From positions 352,001-416,000 of the forward strand of contig CAXXXD010000004.1 of the NCBI GenBank assembly GCA_963663385.2: a DNA stretch of 64,000 nt, written 5' to 3'. Made by a program: the position numbers and the translations under genes. Origin of the DNA: Oceanispirochaeta sp. Lineage in GTDB: Bacteria; Spirochaetota; Spirochaetia; DSM-2461. The notes under the pieces are model-generated. The model was given only the letters and a program-made list of their open reading frames with translations, ran no database searches and was not told the DNA's origin. Positions 9,603 through 18,618 of this stretch are shown here, piece by piece; the stretch's first letter is position 1; the number at the start of each line of letters is the position of its first letter.

Positions 9603-10079
9603 ATGCCTGTTGAAACGGAAGAATTTAAAATGTCCGAAGGGTTGCTCAGTTTTATTGCTGAATGGAAAGAAAAACCCGGAAACCTGATTATGATCCTGCA
9701 CAGGGTTCAGCAAGAGTTCGGCTATATTCCAAAGAGTATTGCTGTAGAGTTGGGTAAAATGCTGGATGTGCCCCTTGCCAAGATTTACGGGGTTATAACT
9801 TTTTATCATTTCTTTAAGCTGGAGAAGCCCGGTAAGCACACGATCTCTGTCTGTATGGGTACAGCCTGTTACCTGAAAGGCGGTCAGGATCTGATCGATG
9901 AACTCGAACAGCTTCTGGGAATCGGATGCGGCGGAACAACTGAAGACGGTCTGTTTTCCCTGGAAGCGGTTCGATGTATCGGATGTTGCGGCCTGGCGCC
10001 TGTTCTGACAGTTGGACAGGAAGTATTTGGAAAGCTGACAACTGACCAGCTGCCTGAGGTAATTGCCAAATTCAAGTAA
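9603..10079 (+). CDS. hndA: [FeFe]-hydrogenase NuoE-like [2Fe-2S] subunit (HndA/HydC)
   Basis: VCMGTACYLKG ... VRCIGCCGLAP. Confidence 0.93.
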   Translation: MPVETEEFKMSEGLLSFIAEWKEKPGNLIMILHRVQQEFGYIPKSIAVELGKMLDVPLAKIYGVITFYHFFKLEKPGKHTISVCMGTACYLKGGQDLIDELEQLLGIGCGGTTEDGLFSLEAVRCIGCCGLAPVLTVGQEVFGKLTTDQLPEVIAKFK

Positions 10080-10092
10080 TGCGGCAGAGCAG

Positions 10093-10668
10093 ATGCACTA
10101 CACACTGAGCGACATGATTCTGGATCTTGTCCAGAATTCCATAGAAGCGAAAGCTGAAAGGATTACCCTTGATCTGATCCGATCCGGTGATTTTCTGACC
10201 GTTCGCCTGGCCGACAACGGCTGCGGGATGACGGAAGGACAACTGAATAAGGCTAAGGATCCGTTTTATACAGACGGAATCAAACACAGCCACAGGAAGG
10301 TCGGTCTTGGAATCCCCTTTCTGATACAGACGGTAGAACAGGCGGACGGCCGTTTTGAGATACATTCTGAGAAGAATATGGGAACCTCTTTAGACATACG
10401 GTTTAATCTGGGGAATGTTGATACCCCCCCGGAGGGTGACTGGCCCGGCTTGTTTATGCAGGCTTTCTGTTTTGAAGGGGATTACGAACTGATCATCAAA
10501 CGGATGCTGATTAGTGAAAATAAAAGGGAAGTCGCCTATACCCTCAGCCGTACCGAACTGAAGGATGTGCTGGGAGATTTCAGTGATTCTGGTGCCATGA
10601 TCCTTTTGAGGGATTATCTGCAATCTCAGGAAGAAGAATTGTTAAGTGAATGGAAGGAGATACATTAG
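10093..10668 (+). CDS. Stand-alone HATPase_c (histidine-kinase-like ATPase) embedded in hydrogenase operon
   Basis: ILDLVQNSIEA, DNGCGM, DPFYT, VGLGIP, GT; no HisKA or sensor domain. Confidence 0.85.
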   Translation: MHYTLSDMILDLVQNSIEAKAERITLDLIRSGDFLTVRLADNGCGMTEGQLNKAKDPFYTDGIKHSHRKVGLGIPFLIQTVEQADGRFEIHSEKNMGTSLDIRFNLGNVDTPPEGDWPGLFMQAFCFEGDYELIIKRMLISENKREVAYTLSRTELKDVLGDFSDSGAMILLRDYLQSQEEELLSEWKEIH

Positions 10669-11058
10669 ATGGCAAAAATGACCCTCGAAGAACTGCGTAA
10701 ACTGAGATCCAGTCAGAAATCAGAGATGGATCGCCGTGACGTAGACGGAAAAGAAACACATATCATTGTCGGAATGGGAACCTGCGGTATTGCCGCCGGA
10801 GCCAAAGAGGCTCTCAACAGTTTCCTGGACGCAATCAAAGCGAATAATTTAGGTGATGTTGTTGTAAAACAGACCGGATGTATGGGGCTCTGCTATGCAG
10901 AACCGACAGTTGAAGTCAAGGTTCCCGGAATGCCCGATACCATTTACGGCAACGTAGATGCTGCTGTGGCTAAAGAGATCGTTGAGTCTCACGTTATGCA
11001 CAAAGCGCTGGTGGAAAATCATATCTTTGATAAACCCGCCGGAGACATCATTAAATAG
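10669..11058 (+). CDS. hndB: Thioredoxin-like ferredoxin subunit (HndB/HydD)
   Basis: VGMGTCGIAAGA ... TGCMGLCYAEP. Confidence 0.9.
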   Translation: MAKMTLEELRKLRSSQKSEMDRRDVDGKETHIIVGMGTCGIAAGAKEALNSFLDAIKANNLGDVVVKQTGCMGLCYAEPTVEVKVPGMPDTIYGNVDAAVAKEIVESHVMHKALVENHIFDKPAGDIIK

Positions 11059-11073
11059 GAAAGAGAGGAAAAC

Positions 11074-12867
11074 ATGGCAGTAAAGAATTATATACTGGTT
11101 TGTGGTGGTACCGCCTGTGAATCCGCAAAAGGTGACGATATCTATAAATCTCTCCTGACGGAAGCGGAAGCGCAGGGTGTCGCCGAGGATGTACAGATCG
11201 TTAAAACCGGTTGTTTCGGGTTTTGTGAAAAGGGACCGATTGTTAAGGTTCTCCCCGAACAGGCTTTTTATGTAGAAGTAAAACCGGAAGATGCAAAAGA
11301 GATAATCGCTGAAACAATTATTAAAGGTAGAATGGTTGACCGTCTGCTCTATAAGGCCGAGCAGGGTGAAAAAGGCAATGCGTTCGACATCGACAATATT
11401 GAATTCTATCAGAAGCAGTACCGTATTGTACTCCGCAACTGTGGTCTGATCGATCCTGAAAACATAGATGAGTACATTGCCCGTGACGGTTATGCCGCAC
11501 TGGAAAAATGTCTTTTTGAACTGAAACCCGATGATATCATCGAAGAGCTGAAAAAATCCGGACTCCGCGGACGCGGTGGTGCGGGATTCCCTACCTGGAT
11601 GAAATGGAACTTCACCAAACAGGTTGAGGATGATCAGAAATACATTGTCTGTAATGCTGACGAGGGAGACCCCGGTGCCTATATGGACCGTTCTACCCTG
11701 GAAGGCGATCCCCATTCCATCCTGGAAGCCATGGCCATCGCCGGTATCTGTGTAGGCGCCGATAAGGGAGCCATCTACATCAGAGCTGAATATCCTCTTG
11801 CGATCCAGAGACTGGAAACTGCCATGAAGCAGGCCCGGGAATACGGACTGCTGGGTGACGATATCCTGGGATCCGGCAAAAGCTTTGACCTTGAAGTAAG
11901 ACTGGGTGCGGGTGCGTTTGTCTGCGGTGAAGAGACAGCTCTTCTGGCTTCCATCGAAGGAAACAGAGGTATGCCTATTCCCAAACCGCCATTCCCCGCT
12001 GTAAAGGGTATGTTCCAGAAACCGACAGTTATCAACAATGTTGAAACCTATGCCAATATCCCCGTTATTATCAATAAAGGCGGAGACTGGTTCTCTCAGA
12101 TCGGTACGGAAAAATCCAAGGGTACTAAAGTATTCGCCCTTACCGGAAAGATTAAAAACTCCGGCCTTGTCGAAGTTCCCATGGGAACAACTCTCCGGGA
12201 GATCGTTTTCGATATCGGAGGCGGTATCCGCGGCGGCAAGAAGTTCAAAGCTGCTCAGACCGGCGGACCTTCAGGCGGTGTAATTACAGAGAAGTATCTG
12301 GACACTCCCATCGACTTCGACAACCTTCTGGCGATAGGTTCCATGATGGGATCCGGCGGTATGATCGTTATGGACGAAGACGACTGTATTGTTGATGTAA
12401 ACAAATTCTACCTGGACTTCTGTGTTGAAGAATCCTGCGGTAAATGTGCCCCCTGTAGAATCGGTACCAAGAAACTCTATGAGTATCTGGACAAGATTAC
12501 AAAAGGCCAGGGCGATATGGAAGACCTCCAGAAGATGCGGGATATCGGTGAAGCCATGAAAAAGGCCGCCCTCTGTGGTCTGGGACAGACTGCTCCCAAC
12601 CCGATCCTCTCCTCTCTGGAAAACTTCTACGAAGAGTACAGGGAACATATCGAAGACGGTAAGTGTTCCGCCGGTAAATGTAAGGATCTCGTTCACTACG
12701 AAATCATTGCTGACAAGTGTATCGGTTGTACCGTTTGTGCCAGAAAGTGTCCTGTAAACTGTATCAGCGGTGAACGGAAGAAACCCCATGTAATCGATCA
12801 GGATAAGTGTATCAAGTGCGGTGCCTGTTACGAAGGCTGTAAGTTCGACGCGATCACAGTATCTTAA
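11074..12867 (+). CDS. hndC: NuoF-like FMN/NAD-binding hydrogenase subunit (HndC/HydB) with C-terminal 2x[4Fe-4S]
   Basis: SGLRGRGGAGFP, NADEGDPGAYMDR, CGEETAL, GGPSGG, ESCGKCAPCR, CIGCTVCARKCP, CIKCGACYEGC. Confidence 0.96.
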   Translation: MAVKNYILVCGGTACESAKGDDIYKSLLTEAEAQGVAEDVQIVKTGCFGFCEKGPIVKVLPEQAFYVEVKPEDAKEIIAETIIKGRMVDRLLYKAEQGEKGNAFDIDNIEFYQKQYRIVLRNCGLIDPENIDEYIARDGYAALEKCLFELKPDDIIEELKKSGLRGRGGAGFPTWMKWNFTKQVEDDQKYIVCNADEGDPGAYMDRSTLEGDPHSILEAMAIAGICVGADKGAIYIRAEYPLAIQRLETAMKQAREYGLLGDDILGSGKSFDLEVRLGAGAFVCGEETALLASIEGNRGMPIPKPPFPAVKGMFQKPTVINNVETYANIPVIINKGGDWFSQIGTEKSKGTKVFALTGKIKNSGLVEVPMGTTLREIVFDIGGGIRGGKKFKAAQTGGPSGGVITEKYLDTPIDFDNLLAIGSMMGSGGMIVMDEDDCIVDVNKFYLDFCVEESCGKCAPCRIGTKKLYEYLDKITKGQGDMEDLQKMRDIGEAMKKAALCGLGQTAPNPILSSLENFYEEYREHIEDGKCSAGKCKDLVHYEIIADKCIGCTVCARKCPVNCISGERKKPHVIDQDKCIKCGACYEGCKFDAITVS

Positions 12868-12890
12868 TGAGACGTTAAGGAGAAAAATCA

Positions 12891-14642
12891 GTGGAAACTG
12901 TAGAAATAAAAATTAATGGTACGCCTGTACAGGTAGATAAAGACTTTACCATACTGAAAGCGGCAAAGCAGGCGGGGGTGAAAATCCCGACCCTTTGTAC
13001 ACACTCCGATCTGGAGCCCTGGGCCGCTTGTGGTATCTGTGTTGTTAAAGTGGAAGGTTCTCCCAGAATGGTCAGGGCCTGTGCCACCAAAGTAGTTCCC
13101 GGTCAGAATTATATTACCCATGACCCGGAGCTGCAGAAAATCCGGAAAACGGTTATAGAAATGACCCTGTCCAATCATCCTCAGGAATGTTTGACTTGTG
13201 GTCGTAACGGTTCCTGTGAACTTCAGGCTCTGGCCGCCGAGTTCGGTATTCGGGAAATCCCCTTCCATATGGATATCAAGGAGCTCCCCAAAGACGAATC
13301 CACCCCCTCTCTGGTATTCGATCCCTCCAAATGTATCCAGTGCGGACGCTGTGCACAGGTTTGTCAGCAGCTGCAGGATGTATGGGCTCTGGAATTCCTT
13401 CACAGAGGTCATGAAACCAGAATCGCCCCTTCTGCGGGCGTTCTTCTGAATGAAAGCCCCTGTATCAAGTGTGGTCAGTGTTCCGCTCACTGTCCCGTTG
13501 GTGCCATCTACGAAAAAGATGAGTCAGCCGCCTGGTGCGCAGCCGTTCAGGACGAGAAAAAGCATGTTGCCGTACAGATAGCTCCCGCTGTTCGTGTCGC
13601 CATTGGCGAAGCCTTCGATATGGAACCCGGCGCTATTTCAACAGGTAAGCTCTACGCTGCCCTGAGAAGACTCGGTGCAGATGCTGTATTCGACACCAAC
13701 TTCTCTGCCGACCTTACCATTATGGAAGAGGGAACTGAGCTGGTTAACAGGATTACCAAAGGAACCGGTGTTCTGCCTCAGCTCACATCCTGCTGTCCTG
13801 CCTGGACGGATTATATGGAAAAATACTACCCCGATATGATTCCCCACTTCTCGACGGCAAAATCCCCCATGATGATGCAGGGGGCCATTACCAAAACCTA
13901 CTATGCCGATAAGGCGAATATAGACAAGAAAGATATCTACTCTGTTGCCATTATGCCCTGTACGGCCAAAAAGTACGAAATTACCCGGGATGACAATATG
14001 CAGGCCTCCGGTGTAAACGATGTGGATCTGGTTCTTACAACCAGGGAGCTTGCCCGTATGATTAAAAGAGCCGGTATCGATTTTGCCCATCTGGCTGATG
14101 AAGATGCGGACAGCCCCATCGGAGCCTATACCGGTGCCGCCACGATCTTCGGTGTAACCGGTGGTGTAATGGAAGCGGCCGTCCGCACCGCATACAAGCT
14201 GGTTACCGACAAGGAACTGGATGATGTAAACGTTACTGCTGTACGTGGTATGGAAGGTGTAAAAGCCGGTTCCGTTGACTTTGCCGGAACCGAGATCAAG
14301 GTTGCTGTCGCTCACGGCATGGCCAATGTCAAAACCATAATGGAAGAGATAAGGGACGCCCGCGAGAAAGGGGAAGAACCTCCCTATCACTTTATCGAAG
14401 TTATGGCCTGCCGCGGTGGCTGTATCGCCGGTGGTGGTCAGCCCTACGGTACGGAAGACGATATCCGGGATAAGAGAATCGCCGGTATCTACAAGGATGA
14501 TGAGACCTGTGAAATCAGAAGGTCCCACGAGAATCCCGAGATTATTCAGATCTACAAGGAATTCCTGGGTGAACCTATCAGCCATAAGGCTCATGAGCTT
14601 CTCCATACCACATATCAGGAAAGACCTCTTTATCAGAAATAA
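12891..14642 (+). CDS. hndD: [FeFe]-hydrogenase catalytic subunit, group A (HndD/HydA), GTG start
   Basis: H-cluster motifs TSCCPAW, MPCTAKKYE, EVMACRGGCIAGGGQP; N-terminal 2Fe-2S, His-ligated 4Fe-4S and 2x4Fe-4S. Confidence 0.97.
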   Translation: METVEIKINGTPVQVDKDFTILKAAKQAGVKIPTLCTHSDLEPWAACGICVVKVEGSPRMVRACATKVVPGQNYITHDPELQKIRKTVIEMTLSNHPQECLTCGRNGSCELQALAAEFGIREIPFHMDIKELPKDESTPSLVFDPSKCIQCGRCAQVCQQLQDVWALEFLHRGHETRIAPSAGVLLNESPCIKCGQCSAHCPVGAIYEKDESAAWCAAVQDEKKHVAVQIAPAVRVAIGEAFDMEPGAISTGKLYAALRRLGADAVFDTNFSADLTIMEEGTELVNRITKGTGVLPQLTSCCPAWTDYMEKYYPDMIPHFSTAKSPMMMQGAITKTYYADKANIDKKDIYSVAIMPCTAKKYEITRDDNMQASGVNDVDLVLTTRELARMIKRAGIDFAHLADEDADSPIGAYTGAATIFGVTGGVMEAAVRTAYKLVTDKELDDVNVTAVRGMEGVKAGSVDFAGTEIKVAVAHGMANVKTIMEEIRDAREKGEEPPYHFIEVMACRGGCIAGGGQPYGTEDDIRDKRIAGIYKDDETCEIRRSHENPEIIQIYKEFLGEPISHKAHELLHTTYQERPLYQK

Positions 14643-14693
14643 TTCCGATTCAGGCCGGTTTCTTTTGAAGCCGGCAGGTTAAAAGAAAAATCC

Positions 14694-14728
14694 GGAGGAC
14701 TTCCCGTTGAGGAGGTCCTCCTTTTTTT
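14694..14728 (+). terminator. Rho-independent terminator of hnd operon
   Basis: GGAGGACTTCC-loop-GGAGGTCCTCC + T7. Confidence 0.85.
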
Positions 14729-14762
14729 ATAAACTGATTGAAAAGATACTACCGGGAGCCTT

Positions 14763-16142
14763 ATGCGGAATTTCTCCATAAAAACAAAACTTGTTTATTC
14801 TCATATTATCCTGGCTCTGGGGGCTATCCTGCTTTTGGGGTTTCTCTCTCTTATGATCTCTCTCAGGATATTTAATAACAGGGAAAAGGACTATCTCAAT
14901 AGAATCGCCAAGGCTGTTGAACTGGATCTGGCCGGGTTTTACCAGGAGAATCCCGGCGGTGAAACCCTGGAGGATTTTCTCAGTATGAACGGGTTCCAGA
15001 ATAATGTGGCCCTCCGTATCCTTACCCCGGAGGGGGATCTGCTCGCTGAATCCCGGACATTGAAAAGGGATGACGGAGAAATCGGCGGTCCGGATGACCT
15101 GTATCCCCTCAAGACTGTTGTAAGGCAGATGCTTTTTTTACGCTCTCTGCAAGGGTATACACTGGAAGTCCTCCGGTACGATCAGTACTACTTTCACCCC
15201 ATATCCCTTTTGGTGGAAGGCATGGGGATCGCCGTATTGGCTGCTATTGTCGCCGCTGTATTCCTGGGAAGATTCATGGGGAAAAAAGTGGCAAGGCCTA
15301 TCATTGAGCTGGCTGACATGGCCAATGATCTTGAGAATCAGAAATGGGACTCACCGCTGCCGTCCTCAAACTCCTGGGAACTGGATGTCCTGGCTTCCAG
15401 TCTGGACAGGATGCGGCAGGAACTCTCCCTCAGTTTTCATAATCTGGAGGAGGAGCGGGATGTGATGAAGCGTTTCCTGCAGGATGCCTCCCATCAGCTG
15501 CGGACTCCGGTAACAGCATTGAGTTCTTTTCTGGAACTGTTGAGCAGTGATTTTCCCGGGATGGAGGACAGGAGGGATGAACTGGTGGAGGACTGCCGGG
15601 AGCAGGTACGTAAACTCAGCTGGATTATTACAGACCTGCTGAGTCTGATCCGTCTTGAATCTGCTTCTGATGAAGAGGACAGAGACGTTTTTTCTCTGAA
15701 AGAGAGCTGCCGCAGCGCCTGGGCGGGATTGCGTAAAGAGGCAGAGAAGAAGGCCCTCTTTCTGGATCTCTCCGGGCCTGCCTGCGAGATACGGGGAGAC
15801 AGTCGGCGGGCCGAAATGGCCATTTCGAATATTATGGAGAACGGGATTAAATGGTCCCGGCCGGGAAAGCGGCTGGAGGTGCGGCTTCATCAGAACAGCA
15901 GATCCTGTCATATTTTTGTCCGGGACCGGGGCTCCGGGATTCCGGAAGGGGACCTGCCCCGTATTTTTGACCGATTTTACAGATCTTCTGAATCAGAAGG
16001 AGAGGGAACGGGGCTAGGACTGGCTATCGTCAACTCCATTATGAATAAATGCGGAGGCACCGTGAATGCCGGAAACAGAAAGACCGGCGGGGCGTGGTTC
16101 GAGCTGATATTTCCCCTTGGACAGGAGCTGCAGAAAAAATGA
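14763..16142 (+). CDS. Sensor histidine kinase (HAMP-HisKA-HATPase), no adjacent response regulator
   Basis: 2 TM; DASHQLRTP, NIMENGIKW, DRGSGI, FDRFYR, GTGLGL. Confidence 0.92.
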   Translation: MRNFSIKTKLVYSHIILALGAILLLGFLSLMISLRIFNNREKDYLNRIAKAVELDLAGFYQENPGGETLEDFLSMNGFQNNVALRILTPEGDLLAESRTLKRDDGEIGGPDDLYPLKTVVRQMLFLRSLQGYTLEVLRYDQYYFHPISLLVEGMGIAVLAAIVAAVFLGRFMGKKVARPIIELADMANDLENQKWDSPLPSSNSWELDVLASSLDRMRQELSLSFHNLEEERDVMKRFLQDASHQLRTPVTALSSFLELLSSDFPGMEDRRDELVEDCREQVRKLSWIITDLLSLIRLESASDEEDRDVFSLKESCRSAWAGLRKEAEKKALFLDLSGPACEIRGDSRRAEMAISNIMENGIKWSRPGKRLEVRLHQNSRSCHIFVRDRGSGIPEGDLPRIFDRFYRSSESEGEGTGLGLAIVNSIMNKCGGTVNAGNRKTGGAWFELIFPLGQELQKK

Positions 16143-17560
16143 AAAAATCCCTGTTTACTCTGTTCCTGTTTGCTGTGATGTTTTTCTGTCTGGAGGCGGA
16201 GGTCCTGCTGGATCCCTGCTCTCTGAAGCTGAATCCAGGGGACTACCCTGACGGTCGTTTTTCTGCTGATATCCTGATCATAAACCATGATGACAGACCC
16301 TTGTCGCTGTCCTGTATGGTTGGAGAGGAGGACTGGCGGTTGTCCCCCGGGGAAATGACCCTGAAACCCGCAGAAGAGGCTGTTCTGACACTGGAAGGCT
16401 CTCTTCCGGGAGATGTCCCTGTTCCCATATTATTCCTTTCGGAGCGGGAGGATGTTCCCTATCTCTACAATGTAAGTCTTTTGAGTAATGTCCCGGATGT
16501 TCAGGAGGATATGATAGAGAAAACCGGGAGTGTTTTTGTTTTTTTTCATACCCCCGGCTGCAGGATCTGTGAGGAATTTTATAACGAACTGGTTCCCGGT
16601 CTTATCGCGGAGGGCAGGATCGATTCCAAACCCGAAAAGCTGAATATATACGACCCCGGGAATTATGAGCGGATGAATGATCTATTGGCAGATAGAGAAG
16701 ACCCGGGGGATCAGTTTCCCCTGCTGGTTATGGGGGATAGGGTTTTCCGGGGAGAGAAGAGTCTGTTTCATGATTTCCCCTCTTCTTTGGGGGACTCCGA
16801 CAGGACTCGAACCGGGCAGAGAGGAGAACTGAGCGGAGAGTCTGTACGAGTCAATCTGAACTGGATTCCTGTCTTTCTTGCCGGTTTACTGGATGGCATT
16901 AACCCCTGCGCTTTTACGACTCTGATTTTTCTGATCTCCTATCTCCGGTTACTGGGGCGAAAAGGACGAGAAGTCCTGAAAATCGGCTTGAGTTTTACTC
17001 TGGCTGTATTCATCAGTTATTTTCTGATCGGCCTTGGATTCTTTCAGGCCCTTCGTCTGGCTGAATCTTTTTCGCTGGTTTCAAGGATCATCCGACTGGG
17101 GATGATCGGGCTGCTGTTCTGTCTGGGCGGGATGAGCCTTCACGATTTCCTGCGGGTTCGTCAGGGACGGGAGAGTGATGCGGTTCTCCAGCTTTCCCGG
17201 GGGATGAAGCAGCGGATCCATAAAACCATCAGGCAGAAAAGCCGTTCCTCCTGGCTGATTCCGGGCAGCTTTGCTGCGGGAGTTCTTATCTCTCTGTATG
17301 AGCTGGGCTGTACCGGGCAGATATACCTGCCAATGATCGTGTATATGATAAAGCAGAAATTCAGCCTATCCGCTGTCGGCCTTCTGACTGTGTATAATGC
17401 CGGGTTCATTCTTCCTCTTCTGTTTGTATTTCTGCTTTTCTACAGAGGGATGGATTCCAATGCAATCGGACAGGTTTTTAGACGCCGTCTCCCTTATATC
17501 AAACTGGCCAGTGCCCTGCTGTTTTTCGGAATTGCCATTTTTCTTATACTGACAATTTGA
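16139..17560 (+). CDS. Secreted thioredoxin-like domain fused to CcdA/DsbD-type membrane domain
   Basis: ATGA overlap with kinase; signal peptide; FHTPGCRIC; LDGINPCAF and ELGCTGQIY in multi-TM C-terminus. Confidence 0.8.
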   Translation: MKKSLFTLFLFAVMFFCLEAEVLLDPCSLKLNPGDYPDGRFSADILIINHDDRPLSLSCMVGEEDWRLSPGEMTLKPAEEAVLTLEGSLPGDVPVPILFLSEREDVPYLYNVSLLSNVPDVQEDMIEKTGSVFVFFHTPGCRICEEFYNELVPGLIAEGRIDSKPEKLNIYDPGNYERMNDLLADREDPGDQFPLLVMGDRVFRGEKSLFHDFPSSLGDSDRTRTGQRGELSGESVRVNLNWIPVFLAGLLDGINPCAFTTLIFLISYLRLLGRKGREVLKIGLSFTLAVFISYFLIGLGFFQALRLAESFSLVSRIIRLGMIGLLFCLGGMSLHDFLRVRQGRESDAVLQLSRGMKQRIHKTIRQKSRSSWLIPGSFAAGVLISLYELGCTGQIYLPMIVYMIKQKFSLSAVGLLTVYNAGFILPLLFVFLLFYRGMDSNAIGQVFRRRLPYIKLASALLFFGIAIFLILTI

Positions 17561-17582
17561 AAACAGACTTCGCTTCCGGTCT

Positions 17583-17942
17583 TCAGAGATCTTCCAGGAT
17601 CTCCGCGATGGCTTCATAACCGTTGTAATAATCATTGCCCAGAATAAGAAGAGGGAGGGAGCGGGAGATATCCGGAAGTTCCTTTTCTGTCAGAATCCTT
17701 TTCAGTTCTGTCCTGTTTCCCGGGTTGGCCATATTGTAAACGGCTCCGTTCCACTGGTCTTCTTTATTCAGATTAACGATTCTGGAACCCAGTTTTTCTG
17801 CCAGCTGGTAATCCTCGCAGGAAGGGCATGTCTCCATATAGAAAAAAACAAGGTCCCTGGCTTCCGGAGTATTATTGCTGCAACCGCTGTAAACAAGCGT
17901 CAGTAAATAAAATGTTACAAGACTGCTATGTTTTAGTTTCAT
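17583..17942 (-). CDS. Thioredoxin/glutaredoxin-fold lipoprotein
   Basis: Lipobox-like YSGC; FFYMETCPSC; LPLLILG..YYNGY. Confidence 0.7.
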   Translation of the reverse strand: MKLKHSSLVTFYLLTLVYSGCSNNTPEARDLVFFYMETCPSCEDYQLAEKLGSRIVNLNKEDQWNGAVYNMANPGNRTELKRILTEKELPDISRSLPLLILGNDYYNGYEAIAEILEDL

Positions 17943-17990
17943 GGGAAAAGAATACATGTTCTAATGCTTTTATGATATAGTTAAACTCTT

Positions 17991-18596
17991 ATGAATCAGA
18001 AAAAGAAGGATCACGAAAAAAGCTCTGAGAAAATTATGCAGGCAGCTCTGAATGTTATCGCCAGGGAAAAAATCAGTGGAACAAGGATGCGGCATATTGC
18101 AGAAGAAGCCGGAATGAGTCAGGGAATCCTGCACTACTATTTCCATACAAAGAAAGAGCTTCTCTCCAAGCTGCTGGACTACATCCTCCTTCAGTTCCGC
18201 AGGGAAAGGAATATGGATTTTGCCGATTCAGACGGCACTTCCAAAGGAAAGATACATGCTTTCTTTGAAGAAAAAAAACGATCAATCAATAAGAGGAAAC
18301 TTGAATTTATTCAGTTTGATTTCTGGGTCCAGGGAACTACTGATCCTGAATTGCGGGAAAAAATTCAGAAATCCTATGATAATTGGCGATATAATTTATA
18401 TGAGGTGATAGAAGACGGGGTAAAAAAAGGGGAATTCAGAGCCGATAGGATTGAACAGGTTCCCGCTCTGACGGTTTCTCTGTTGATGGGTGGATCTGCT
18501 CAGTACCTGATTGATGATTCGGCCTTTGTTCTGGACTCCTATCTGGCCGCAGCGGAGGAAATGATCTATTCCTATTTAAGGTCTGATCGCGGCTAA
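17991..18596 (+). CDS. TetR-family regulator (BetI-like)
   Basis: IAEEAGMSQGILHYYFHTKKELL HTH; GVKKGEFR. Confidence 0.93.
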   Translation: MNQKKKDHEKSSEKIMQAALNVIAREKISGTRMRHIAEEAGMSQGILHYYFHTKKELLSKLLDYILLQFRRERNMDFADSDGTSKGKIHAFFEEKKRSINKRKLEFIQFDFWVQGTTDPELREKIQKSYDNWRYNLYEVIEDGVKKGEFRADRIEQVPALTVSLLMGGSAQYLIDDSAFVLDSYLAAAEEMIYSYLRSDRG

Positions 18597-18618
18597 ACCT
18601 CAGTTAGGGGAGGCGTGA

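Noticed and set aside
9603..14642. Complex I (nuoEFG) annotation
   Set aside because: H-cluster motifs are present and no membrane nuo genes are; these are hydrogenase subunits
16049..16138. Longer N-termini given by the ORF track (also at 10063, 23687, 24628, 32566, 35533, 40648, 56968)
   Set aside because: Downstream starts have better SD, signal peptide, family motif or coupling support
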